Source of the DNA: the human T2T-CHM13v2.0 reference genome, Homo sapiens
Assembly (NCBI RefSeq): GCF_009914755.1
Contig: NC_060933.1
Strand: one strand, 5' to 3'
Length of the DNA: 64,000 nucleotides
Notes under the pieces: generated by a model
Told to the model about the DNA's origin: nothing
Seen by the model: only the letters and a program-made list of their open reading frames with translations
Databases searched by the model: none
Made by a program: the position numbers and the translations under genes
Shown here: piece by piece, positions 1-13,554 of the stretch
Numbering within the stretch: the stretch's first letter is position 1
How the letters are laid out: every line of letters begins with the position of its first letter

Positions 1-356
1 TCCATTCCATTCCATTCCTCTCCATTCCATTGCACTCGGGTTGATTCCATTCCATTGCATTCCATTCCATTCCATTCAATTCCATTCCGTTCCATTCCAT
101 TCCATTACATTCGGATTGATCCTATGCAACTCCCTTACTCTCCATTACATTCCATTCCATTCGGGTTGTTCCATTCCATTCCATTCCTTTCCATTCCATT
201 GCATTACTTTCGGATTGATTCTATTCAACTCCCTTACTCTCCATTACATTCCATTCCATTCGGGTTGTTCCATTCCATTCCATTCCATTCCACTCCATTC
301 CATTTCACTCGGGTTTATTCCATTCCATTCCATTCCATTCCATTCCATTCCATTCC

Positions 357-371
357 ATTCCGGAAGATTCC
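357..371. promoter_or_regulatory. Consensus heat-shock element (nTTCn-nGAAn-nTTCn), first of ~38 copies in the window
   Basis: ATTCC GGAAG ATTCC is three alternating inverted nGAAn pentamers, the canonical HSF1 trimer site. Others lie at e.g. 2424, 3282, 9143, 14219, 17982 (GGAAT variant), 22319, 30455, 47369, 57439, 59602 and 63093. Motif match only; occupancy not shown. Confidence 0.65.
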
Positions 372-563
372 ATTCCATTGCATTCCATTCCATTCCATTC
401 CCTTGCACTCGCGTTGATTCCATTCCATTCCATTCCATTCCATTCCATTCCTTTCCGTTCCATTCCATTCCATTCCATTCCATTCCAATGCATTCCATTC
501 CGTTCCGTTCCGTTCCATTCCATTCCATTCCATTCTATTCGGGTTAATTCCATTCCATTCCGT

Positions 564-577
564 TCGATTGCAATCGA
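564..577. other. Recurrent 14-bp perfect palindrome TCGATTGCAATCGA (two TaqI sites, two CpGs)
   Basis: The 14-mer is self-complementary. It recurs many times just downstream of the TATTCGGGTTAATT module (e.g. ~3504, ~5207, ~9330, ~22506, ~61507). Confidence 0.85.
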
Positions 578-3500
578 GTTGATTCCATTCCATTCCATTC
601 AATTCCATTCCATTCCATTCCATTCCTTTCCATTCCATTACGGATGATTCCATTCCATTGCATTCCATTCCATTCCATTCCCCTGTACTCGGGTTGATTC
701 CATTCCATTCCGTTCCAATCCATGCCATTCCACTCGTGTTGATTCCATTCTTTCCATTCCATTCAAGTTGAATCCATTCCATTGCATTCCATTCCATTCC
801 ATTCCCCTGCAGTCGGGTTGTTTCCATTCCATTCCATTGCATTCCATTCCATTCCATTCCGTTCCGTTCCTTTCCATTCCATTCCATTCCATTCTATTCG
901 GGTTAATTCCATTCCATTCCATTCCATTCCATTCCATTCCAATCGAGTTGATTCCATTCCATTCCATTCCATTCCATTCCACTCCATTGCAGTCCTTTCC
1001 ATTCCATTCCACTCGGGTTGATTCCAATGTATTCCTTTCCATTCCATTCCATTCCATTGCAATCGAGTTGATTCCATTGCTTTGCATTCTATTCCATTCC
1101 ATTCCATTGCATTCCATTCCATTCCATTCCGCTGCACTCGGGTTGATTCCATTCCATTCCACTCCATTCCGTTCCATTCCATTCCATTGCATTGTATTCG
1201 GGTTAATTCCATTCCATTCCATTCCATTCCATTCCATTCCATTACAATCGAGTTGATTCCATTCCATTCCATTCCATTCCAGTCCTTTCCATTCCATTCC
1301 TCTCGGGTTGATTCCATTCTATTAGTTTCCATTCCATTCCATTCCCTTCCATTCCACTCTGGTTGATTCCATTCCTTTCCATTCCACTCGAATACATTCC
1401 CTCCTATTCCAATCGGAACGATTCCATTCCATTCCATTCCATTCCATTCCATTCCATTTCGTTCCATTCCATTCTATTCCGTATCATTCCATTCCATTTC
1501 ATTCCCTTCCATTCCATTCCATTCCATTCCATTCCATTGTACTCGGGTTGATTCAATTCCATTGCATTCCATTCCATTCCATTCCATTCCATTCCGTTGC
1601 ATTCCATTCCATTACCTTCGGATTGATTCTATTCAACTCCCTTACTCTGCATTACATTCCATTCCATTCGCGTTGTTCCATTCCATTCCATTCCATTCCA
1701 CTCCATTCCATTGCACTCGGGTTGATTCCATTCCATTCCATTCCATTCCATTATATTGCGGATGATTCCATTCCATTGCATTCCGTTCCATTACATTCCC
1801 CTGCACTCGCGTTGATTCCATTCCATTCCATTCCATTCCATTCAATTCCATTCCATTACAATTCGTTCCATTCCATTCTATTCCGTACCATTCCATTCCA
1901 TTCAATACCATTCCATTCCATTCCATTCCATTCCGTTCCATTCCGTTCCATTAAATTCCATTCCATTCTATTCGAATTAATTCCATTCCATTCCATTCCA
2001 TTCCATTCTATTCCATTCCATTGCAATCGATTTGAACCCATTGCATTTCATTCCATTCCATTCCATTCCATTCCATTCCATTCCATTCCATTCCATTCCG
2101 TTCCATTCCATTCCATTACATTCGGATTGATTCTATTCAATTCCCTTACACTCCATTACATTCCATTCCATTCGGGTAGTTTCCATTCCATTCCATTCCA
2201 TTCCTCTCCATTCCATTGCACTTGGGTTGATTCCATTCCATTGCATTCCATTCCATTCCATTCAATTCCATTCCGTTCCATTCCATTCCATTACATTCGG
2301 ATTGATTCTATTCAACTCCCTTACTCTCAATTACATTGCATTCAATTCGGGTTGTTCCATTCAATTCCATTCCATTCCACTCCATTCCATTGCACTCGGG
2401 TTGATTCCATTCCATTCCATTCCATTCCGGAAGATTCCATTCCATTGCATTCCATTCCATTCCATTCCCCTGCACTCGCGTTGATTCCATTCCATTCCAT
2501 TCTATTCCATTCCATTCCCTTCCTTTCCGTTCCATTCCATTCCATTCCATTCCATTCCATTCCATTCCATTCCGTTCCGTTCCATTCCATTCCATTCCAT
2601 TCTATTCGGGTTAATTCCATTCCATTCCATTCAATTGCAATCGAGTTGATTCCATTCTATTCGATTCCATTCCATTCCATTCCATTCCTTTCCATTCCAT
2701 TACGGATGATTCCATTCCATTGCATTCCATTCCATTCCATTCCCCTGTACTCGGGTTGATTCCATTCCATTGCATTCCAATCCATACCCTTCCACTCGTG
2801 TTGATTCCATTCTTTCCATTCCATTCAAGTTGAATCCATTCCATTGCATTCCATTCCATTCGATTCCATTCGATTGCACTCGGGTTGATTCCATTCCATT
2901 GCATTCCATTCCATTCCATTCCATTGCATTCCATTCCATTCCGTTACATTCCATTCCATTACATTCGGATTGATTCTATTCAATTCCCTTACACTCGATT
3001 ACATTCCATTCCATTCGTGTAGTTTCCATTCCATTCCATTCCATTCCTCTCTATTCCATTGAAATCTGGTTGATTCCATTCCATTGCATTCCATTCCATT
3101 CCATTCAATTCCATTCCGTTCCATTCCATTCCATTACATTCGGATTGATTCTATTCATCTCCCTTACTCTAAATTACATTCCATTCCATTCGGGTTGTTC
3201 CATTCCATTCCATTCCATTCCACTCCATTCCATTGCACTCGGGTTTATTCCATTCCATTCCATTCCATTCCATTCCATTCCATTCCGGAAGATTCCATTC
3301 CATTGCATTCCATTCCATTCCATTCCCCTGCACTCGCGTTGATTCCATTCCATTCCATTCCATTCCATTCCATTCCATTCCATTCCATTCCATTCCGTTC
3401 AATTCCATTCCATTCCATTCCATTCCAATCCATTCCATTCCGTTCCGTTCCGTTCCATTCCATTCCATTCCATTCTATTCGGGTTAATTCCATTCCATTC

Positions 3501-6500
3501 CATTCGATTGCAATCGAGTTGATTCCATTCCATTCCATTCCATTCCATTCCTTTCCATTCCATTACGGATGATTCCATTCCATTGCATTCCATTCCATTC
3601 CATTCCCCTGTACTCGGGTTGATTCCATTCCTTTCCATTCCAATCCATGCCATTCCACTCGTGTTGATTCCATTCTTTCCATTCCATTCAAGTTGAATCC
3701 ATTCCATTGCATTCCATTCCTTTCCATTCCCCTGCAGTCGGGTTGTTTCCATTCCATTCCATTCCATTCCATTACATTCCATTCCGTTCCTTTCCTTTCC
3801 ATTCCATTCCATTCCATTCTATTCGGGTTAATTCCATTCCATTCCATGCCATTCCATTCCATTCCAATCGAGTTGATTCCATTCCATTCCATTCCATTCC
3901 ATTCCACTCCATTCCAGTCCTTTCCATTCCATTCCACTCGGGTTGATTCCAATGTATTCCTTTCCATTCCATTCCATTCCATTGCAATCGAGTTGATTCC
4001 ATTGCTTTGCATTCCATTCCATTCCATTCCATTCCGAATTATTCCATTCCATTGCATTCCATTCCATTCCATTCCGCTGCACTCGGGTTGATTCCATTCC
4101 ATTCCACTCCATTCCGTTCCATTCCATTCCATTGCATTGTATTCGGGTTAATTCCATTCCATTCCATTACATTCCATTCCATTCCGTTACAATCGAGTTG
4201 ATTCCATTCCATTCCATTCCATTCCATTCCTTTCCCTTCCATTCCACTCTGGTTGATTCCATTCCTTTCTATTCCACTCGAATACATTCCCTCCTATTCC
4301 ACTCGGAACGATTCCATTCCATTCCATTCCATTCCATTCCATTCCATTCCATTCCATTCCATTCCATTCCATTCCATTCCATTCCATTTCGTTCCATTCC
4401 ATTCTATTCCGTATCATTCCATTCCATTCCATTCCCTTCCATTCTATTCCATTCCATTCCATTCCATTGTACTCGGGTTGATTCAATTCCATTGCATTCC
4501 ATTCCATTCCATTCCATTCCATTCCGTTGCATTCCATTCCATTACATTCGGATTGATTCTATTCAACTCCCTTACTCTGCATTACATTCCATTCCATTAG
4601 GGTTGTTCCATTCCATTCCATTCCATTCCACTCCATTCCATTGCACTCGGGTTGATTCCATTCCATTCCATTCCATTCCATTATATTGCGGATGATTCCA
4701 TTCCATTGCATTCCGTTCCATTACATTCCCCTGCACTCGCGTTGATTCCATTCCATTCCATTCCATTCCATTCAATTCCATTCCATTACAATTCGTTCCA
4801 TTCCATTCTATTCCGTACCATTCCATTCCATTCAATACCATTCCATTCCATTCCATTCCATTCCGTTCCATTCCGTTCCATTCCATTCCATTCCATTCTA
4901 TTCGAATTAATTCCATTCCATTCCATTCCATTCCATTCCATTCTATTCCATTCCATTGCAATCGATTTGAACCCATTGCATTTCATTCCATTCCATTCCA
5001 TTCCATTCCATTCCATTCCAGAAGATTCCATTCCATTGCATTCCATTCCATTCCATTCCCCTGCACTCGCGTTGATTCCATTCCATTCCATTCCATTCCA
5101 TTCCATTCCGTTCCGTTCCATTCCATTCCATTCCATTCCATTCCATTCCGTTCCGCTCCATTCCATTCCATTCCATTCTATTCGAGTTAATTCCATTCCA
5201 TTCCATTCGATTGCAATCGAGTTGATACCATTCCATTCCATTCCATTCCATTCCATTCCATTCCATTCCTTTCTTTCCATTACGGATGATTCCATTCCAT
5301 TGCATTCCATTCCATTCCATTCCCCTGTACTCGGGTTGATTCCATTCCATTCCATTCCATTCCATTCCATTTCATTCCATTCCGGAAGATTCCATTAGAT
5401 TGCATTCCATTCCATTCCATTCCCGTGCACTCGCGTTTATTCCATTCCATTCCATTCTAATCCATTCCATTCCCTTCCTTTCCATTCCATTCCATTCCAT
5501 TCCATTCCATTCTATTCCGTTCCGTTCCATTCCATTCCATTCCATTCTATTCGGTTAATTCCATTCCATTCCATTCGATTGCAATCGAGTTGATTCCATT
5601 CCATTCCATTCCATTCCATTCCATTCCATTCCATTCCTTTCCATTCCATTACGGATGATTCCATTCCATTGCATTCCATTCCATTCCTTTCCCCTCCACT
5701 CGGGTTGATTCCATTCCATTCCACTCCATTCCGTTCCATGCCATTCCATTCCATTGTATTCGGGTTAATTCCATTCCATTACATTCCATTCCATTCCATT
5801 CCATTACAATCGAGTTGATTCCATTCCATTCCATTCCATTCCAGTCCTTTCCATTCCATTCCAGTCGGGTTGATTCCATTCTATTAGTTTCCATTCCATT
5901 CCATTCCCTTCCATTCCACTCTGGTTGATTCCATTCCTTTCCATTCCACTCGAAAACATTCCCTCCTATTCCACTCGCAACGATTCCATTCCATTCCATT
6001 CCATTCCATTCCATTCCATTTCGTTCCATTCCATTCTATTCCGTATCATTCCATTCCATTCCATTCCATTCCATTAAATTCCATTCCATTCCATTCCATT
6101 CCATTCCATTCCATTCCGTTGCATTCCATTACATTCGGATTGATTCTTTTCAACTCCCTTACTCTCCATTACATTCCATTCCAGTCGGGTTGTTCCATTC
6201 CATTCCATTCCATTCCACTCCATTCCATTGCACTCGGGTTGATTCCATTCCATTCCATTCCATTCCATTCCGGATGATTCCATTCCATTGCATTCCATTC
6301 TATTACATTCCCCTGCACTCGGGTTGATTCCATTCCATTCCTTTCCATTCCATTCGATTCCATTCCATTCCCCTGCACTCGCGTTGATTCCATTCCATTC
6401 CATTCCATTCCATTCCATTCCATTCCTTTCCGTTCCATTCCATTCCATTCCATTCCATTCCGTTCCGTTCCATTCCATTCCATTCCATTCTATTCGGGTT

Positions 6501-9500
6501 AATTCCATTACATTCCATTCGATTGCAATCGAGTTGATTCCATTCCATTCCATTCCATTCCATTCCATTCCATTCCAGTCCTTTCCATTCCTTTCCATTC
6601 CATTACTGATGATTCCATTCCAATGCATTCCATTCCATTCCATTCCCCTGTACTCGGGTTGATTCCATTCCATTCCATTCCAATCCATGCCATTCCACTC
6701 GTGTTGATTCCATTCTTTCCTTTCCATTCAAGTTGAATCCATTCCATTGCATTCCATTCCATTCGATTCCATTCGATTGCACTCGGGTTGATTCCATTCA
6801 ATTCCATTACATTCCATTCCGTTCCATTCCATTCCGTTCCATTCCATTTCATTACATTCAGATTGATGCTATTCACTTCCCTTACACTCCATTATATTCC
6901 AATCCATTCTGGTTGTTTCCATTCCATTCCATTCCATTTCACTCCATTCCATTGCACTCGGGTTGATTCCATTCCATTCCATTCCACTGCATTCCATTCC
7001 ATTCCATTCCGGATGATTCCATTCCATTACATTCCATTCCATTCCATTCCCCTGCACTCGGGTTGATTCCATTCCATTCCATTCCATTACATTCCGTTCC
7101 ATTCCATTCCATTCCATTCGCATTGATTCTATTCAATTCCCTTACACTCCATTACATTCCATTCCATTCGGGTAGTTTCCATTCCATTCCATTCCATTCC
7201 TCTCCATTCCATTGCACTCGGGTTGATTCCTTTCCATTCCATTCCATTCCATTCCATTCCATTCCATTCCATTACATTACATTCCGTTCCATTGTACTCG
7301 GGTTGATTCCATTCCATTGCATTCCATTCCATTCCATTCCATTCCATTCCATTCCATTCCGTTCCATTCCATTACATTCGAATTGATTCTATTCAACTCC
7401 CTTACTCTCCATTCCATTCCATTCCATTCGGGTTGTTCCATTCTATTCCATTCCATTCCACTCCATTCCATTGCACTCGTGTTGATTCCATTCCATTCCA
7501 TTCCATTCTATTCCATTCCATTCCATTCCGGATGATTCCATTCCATTGCATTCCGTTCCATTACATTCCCTTGCACTCGGGTTGATTCCATTCCATTCCA
7601 TTCCATTCCATTCGATTCCATTCCATTCCAAATCTTTCCATTCCATTCTATTCCGTACCATGCCATTCCATTCCATACAATTCCATTCCATTCCATTCCA
7701 CTCCGTTCCGTTCCGTTCCGTTCCGTTCCGTTCCATTCCATTCCATTCCATTCTATTTGGGTTAATTCCATTCCATTCCATTCGATTGCAATCGAGTTGA
7801 TTCCATTCCATTCCATTCCATTCCATTCCATTCCATTCCATTCCATTCCTTTCCATTCCATTACGGATGATTCCATTCCATTGCATTCCATTCCATTCCA
7901 TTCCATTCCATTCCTTTCCATTCCATTACGGATGATTCCATTCCATTGCATTCCATTCCATTCCATTCCCCTGTACTCGGGTTGATTCCATTCCATTCCA
8001 TTCCAATCCATGCCATTCCACTCGTGTTGATTCCATTTTTTCCATTCCATTCAAGTTGAATCCATTCCATTGCATTCCATTCCATTCCCCTGTAGACGGG
8101 TTGATTCCATTCCATTCCATTCCATTCCATTCCATTCCATTCCATTCCGTTCCATTCCATTCCATTCCATTCCATTCTATTCGGGTTAATTCCATTCCAT
8201 TCCATTCCATTCCATTCCATTCCCCTCCACTCGGGTTGATTCCATTCCATTCCACTCCATTCCGTTCCATTCCATTCCATTCCATTGTATTCGGGTTAAT
8301 TCCATTCCATTCCATTCCATTCCTTTCCATTCCATTCCATTACCATCGAGTTGATTCCATTCCATTCCATTCCATTCCAGTCCTTTCCATTCCATTCCAG
8401 TCGGGTTGATTCCATTCTATTAGTTTCCATTCCATTCCATTCCCTTCCATTCCACTCTGGTTGATTCCATTCCTTTCCATTCCACTCGAAAACATTCCCT
8501 CCTATTCCACTCGGAACGATTCCATTCCATTCCATTCCATTCCATTCCATTCCATTCCATTCCATTCCATTCCATTAAATTCCATTCCATTCCATTGTAC
8601 TCGGGTTGATTCCATTCCATTGCATTCCATTCCATTCCATTCCATTCCATTCCGTTGCATTCCATTCCATTACATTCGGATTGATTCTATTCAACTCCCT
8701 TACTCTCCATTACATTCCATTCCATTCGGGTTGTTCCATTCCATTCCATTCCATTCCACTCCATTCCATTGCACTCGGGTTGATTCCATTCCATTCCATT
8801 CCATTCCATTCCATTCCATTCCGGATGATTCCATTCCATTGCATTCCTTTCCATTACATTCCCCTGCACTCGCGTTGATTCCATTCCATTCCATTCCATT
8901 CCATTCAATTCCATTGCATTACAATTCGTTCCATTCCATTCTATTCCGTACCATTCCATTCCATTCCATACCATTCCATTCCATTCCATTCCATTCCATT
9001 CCGTTCCATTCCGTTCCATTCCATTCCATTCCATTCTGTTCGGATTAATTCCATTCCATTCCATTCCATTCCATTCTATTCCATTCCATTGCAATCGAGT
9101 TGAATCCATTGCATTTCATTCCATTCCATTCCATTCCATTCCATTCCGGAAGATTCCATTCCATTGCATTCCATTCCATTCCATTCCCCTGCACTCGCGT
9201 TGATTCCATTCCATTCCATTCCATTCCATTCCATTCCGTTCCATTCCATTCTATTCCATTCCATTCCATTCCGTTCCGTTCCATTCCATTCCATTCCATT
9301 CTATTCGGGTTAATTCCAATCCATTCCATTCGATTGCAATCGAGTTGATTCCATTCCATTCCATTCCATTCCATTCCATTCCTTTCCATTCCATTACGGA
9401 TGATTCCATTCCATTGCATTCCATTCCATTCCATTCCCCTGTACTCGGGTTGATTCCATTCCATTCCATTCCAATCCATGCCATTCCACTCGTGTTGATT

Positions 9501-12500
9501 CCATTCTTTCCATTCCATTCAAGTTGAATCCATTCCATTGCATTCCATTCCATTCGATTCCATTCGATTGCACTCGGGTTGATTCCATTCCATTCCATTC
9601 CATTCCATTCCATTCCGTTCCATTCCGTTCCATTACATTCGGATTGATTCTATTCAATTCCCTTACACTCCATTACATTCCATTCCATTCGGGTAGTTTC
9701 CATTCCATTCCATTCCATTCCTTTCCTTTCCATTGCACTCGGGTTGATTCCAATCCATTCCATTCCATTCCATTCCATTCCATTCCATTCAATTCCGTTC
9801 CATTCCATTACATTCGGATTGATTCTATTCAACTCCCTTACTCTCCATTACATTCCATTCCATTCGGGTTGTTCCATTCCATTCCATTCCATTCCACTCC
9901 ATTCCATTGCACTCGGGTTGATTCCATTCCATTCCATTCCATTCCATTCCATTCCATTCCGGAAGATTCGATTCCATTGCATTCCATTCCATTCCATTCC
10001 CCTGCACTCGCGTTGATTCCATTCCATTCCATTCTATTCCATTCCATTCCCTTCCTTTCCGTTCCATTCCATTCCATTCCATTCCATTCCATTCCATTCC
10101 GTTCCATTCCATTCCATTCCATTCTATTCGGTTAATTCCATTCCATTCCATTCGATTGCAATCTAGTTGATTCCATTCCATTCCATTCCATTCCTTTCCA
10201 TTCCATTCCTTTCCATTCCATTACGGATGATTCCATTCCATTGCATTCCATTCCATTCCATTCCCCTGTACTCGGGTTGATTCCATTCCATTCCATTCCA
10301 ATCCATGCCATTCCACTCGTGTTGATTCCATTCTTTCCATTCCATTCAAGTTGAATCCATTCCATTGCATTCCATTCCATTCGATTCCATTCGATTGCAC
10401 TCGGGTTGATTCCATTCCATTCCATTCCATTCCATTGTACTCGGGTTGATTCCATTCCATTCCATTCCATTCCATTCCATTCCATTCCATTCCATTCCGG
10501 ATGATTCCATTCCATTGCATTCCGTTCAATTACATTCCCCTGCACTCGGGTTGATTCCATTCCATTCCATTCGATTCCATTCCATTCCAATTCTTTCCAT
10601 TCCATTGTATTCCGTACCATACCATTCCAATCCATACAATTCCATTCCTTTCCATTCCACTCCGTTCCGTTCCGTTCCGTTCCATTCCATTCCATTCCAT
10701 TCTATTCGGTTTAATTCCATTCCATTCCATTGCATTCCATTCTATTCCATTCCAATGCAATCGAGTTGAATCCATTGCATTCCATTCCATTCCATTCCAT
10801 TCCATTCCATTCCATTCCATTCCGGAAGATTCCATTCCATTGCATTCCATTCCATTCCATTCCATTCCATTCCATTCCATTGTACTCGGGTTGATTCCAT
10901 TCCATTGCTTTCCATTCCATTCCATTCCATTCCATTCCATTCCATTCCATTCCGTTCCATTCCATTCCATTACATTCGGATTGATTCTTTTCAACTCCCT
11001 TACTCTCCATTACATTCCATTCCATTCGGGTTGTTCCATTCCATTCCATTCCATTCCACTCCATTCCATTGCACTCGGGTTGATTCCATTCCATTGCATT
11101 CCATTCCATTACGGATGATTCCATTCCATTGCATTCCGTTCCATTACATTCCCCTGCACTCGGGTTGATTCCATTCCATTCCATTCCATTCCATTCCATT
11201 CCATTCCATTCGATTCCATTCCATTCCCCTGCATTCGCGTTGATTCCATTCCATTCCATTCCATTCCATTCCATTCCATTCCATTCCTTTCCATTCCAGT
11301 CCTTTCCATTCCATTCCACTCGGGTTGATTCCATTCTATTAGTTTCCATTCCATTCCATTCCCTTCCATTCTACTCTGTTTGATTCCATTCCTTTCCATT
11401 CCACTCGAATACATTCCCTGCTATTCCACTCGGAACGATTCCATTCCATTCCATTCCATTCTATTCCATTCCATTCCATTCCATTCCATTCCATTTCGTT
11501 CCATTCCATTCTATTCCGTATCATTCCATTCCATTGCATGCCATTCCATTCCATTCCATTCCATTCCATTCCACTCGTGTTGATTCCATTCCTTTCCATT
11601 CCATTCGGTTTGAAGGTATTCCAATCCATTCCATTCCATTCCATTCCATTCCATTCCATTCCATTCCATTGTACTCGGGTTGATTCCATTCCATTGCATT
11701 CCATTCCATTCCATTCCATTCCATTCCGTTCCATTCCATTACATTCGGATTGATTCTATTCAACTCCCTTACTCTCCATTACATTCCATTCCATTCGGGT
11801 TGTTCCATTCCATTCCATTCCGTTCCACTCCATTCCATTGCACTCGGGTTGATTCCATTCCATTCCATTCCATTTCATTCCATTCCATTCCATTCCATTT
11901 CATTCCATTCCATTCCATTCCATTCCGGATGATTCCATTCCATTGCATTCCGTTCCATTACATTCCCCTGCACTCGGGTTGATTCCATTCCATTCCATTC
12001 CATTCCATTCCATTCCATTCCATTCCAATTCTTTCCATTCCATTCTATTCCGTACCATGCCATTCCATTCCATACAATTCCATTCCATTCCATTCCACTC
12101 CGTTCCGTTCCATTCCGTTCCGTTCCGTTCCGTTCCATTCCATTCCATTCCATTCTATTCGGTTTAATTCCATTCCATTCCATTCCATTCCATTCTATTC
12201 CATTCCATTGCAATCGAGTTGAATCCATTGCATTCCATTCCATTCCATTCCATTCCATTGCGGAAGATTCCATTCCATTGCATTAAATTCCATTCCATTC
12301 CATTCCATTCCATTCCATTCCATTCCATTCCATTGTACTCGGGTTGATTCCATTCCATTGCATTCCATTCCATTCCATTCCATTCCATTCCGTTCCATTC
12401 CATTCCATTACATTCGGATTGATTCTTTTCAACTCCCTTACTCTCCATTACATTCCATTCCATTCGGGTTGTTCCATTCCATTCCATTCCATTCCACTCC

Positions 12501-13554
12501 ATTCCATTGCACTCGGGTTGATTCCATTCCATTCTATTCCGGATGATTCCATTCCATTGCATTCCCTTCCATTACATTCTCCTGCACTGGGGTTGATTCC
12601 ATTCCATTCCATTCCATTCCATTCAATTCCATTCTATTCCGTTCCGTTTCGTTCCATTCCATTCCATTCCATTCTATTCGGGTTAATTCCATTCCATTCC
12701 ATTCGATTGCCATTGAGTTGATTCCATTCCATTCCATTGCATTCCATTCCATTCCATTCCATTCCATTCCTTTCCATTCCATTACGGATGATTCCATTCC
12801 ATTGCATTCCAATCCATTCCATTCCCCTGTACTCGGGTTGATTCCATTCCATTTCATTCCAATCCATGCCATTCCACTCGTGTTGATTCCATTCTTTACA
12901 TTCCATTCAAGTTGAATCCATTCCATTGCATTCCATTCCATTCCATTCCCCTGCAGTCGGGTTGATTCCATTCCATTCCATTCCATTCCAATCCGTTCCG
13001 TTCCGTTCCATTCCATTCCATTCCTTTCTATTCGGGTTAATTCCATTCCATTCCATTCCATTCCATTCCATTCCATTCCAATCAAGTTGATTCCATTCCA
13101 TTCCATTCCATTCCATTCCATTCCATTCCACTGCATTCCAGTCCTTTCCATTCCATTCCACTCGGGTTGATTCCAATGTATTCCTTTCCATTCCATTCCA
13201 TTCCATTGCAATCGAGTTGATTCCATTGCTTTGCATTCCATTCCATTCCATTCCATTCCGGATGATTCCATTCCATTGCATTCCATTCCATTCCATTCCC
13301 CTGCATTCGGGTTGATTCCATTCCATTCCACTCCATTCCGTTCCATTCCATTCCATTCCATTGTATTCGGGTTAATTCCATTCCATTCCATTCCATTCCA
13401 TTCCATTACAATCGAGTTGATTCCATTCCATTCCATTCCATTCCAGTCCTTTCCATTCCATTCCTCTCTGGTTGATTCCATTCTATTAGATTCCATTCCA
13501 TTCCATTCCCTTCCATTCCACTCTGGTTGATTCCATTCCTTTCCATTCCACTCG

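Larger units (their letters stand above)
200..5010 (+). repeat. ~1.9 kb block duplicated at ~2.93 kb offset (about 200-2060 and 3130-5010)
   Basis: Shared rare variants: GGGTTTATTC 311/3241, CTTACTCTGC 1641/4571, TTATATTGCG 1751/4681, TTCAATACCA 1901/4831, GATTTGAACCC ~2029/4965. Confidence 0.88.

Noticed and set aside
111-172. Complex module CGGATTGATTCTATTCAACTCCCTTACTCTCC as a small RNA, DUX4 site or inserted element
   Set aside because: It stays in 5-bp register and reads as degenerate pentamers. It does not match the DUX4 consensus (TGATTRRRTTA) and has no tRNA or snoRNA hallmarks.
804-820. G-quadruplex potential from CCCC/GGG tracts
   Set aside because: G-tracts of three or more are isolated and tens of bp apart. 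Non-B folding of (GGAAT)n is a generic property, not a feature specific to this window.
1548-2759. Long + strand ORF (403 aa) and all other IPFHS-type ORFs (e.g. 50048-51049, 56967-57884)
   Set aside because: (CATTC)n has no stop codon in any frame. The products are low-complexity pentapeptide repeats overlapping in all frames, often with non-ATG starts and no domain content.
9541-9575. HSat2-like CATTCGATTCCATTCGATTG words
   Set aside because: They are only short isolated modules. The bulk is CATTC with CTCGGGTTG words, i.e. HSat3 rather than HSat2.
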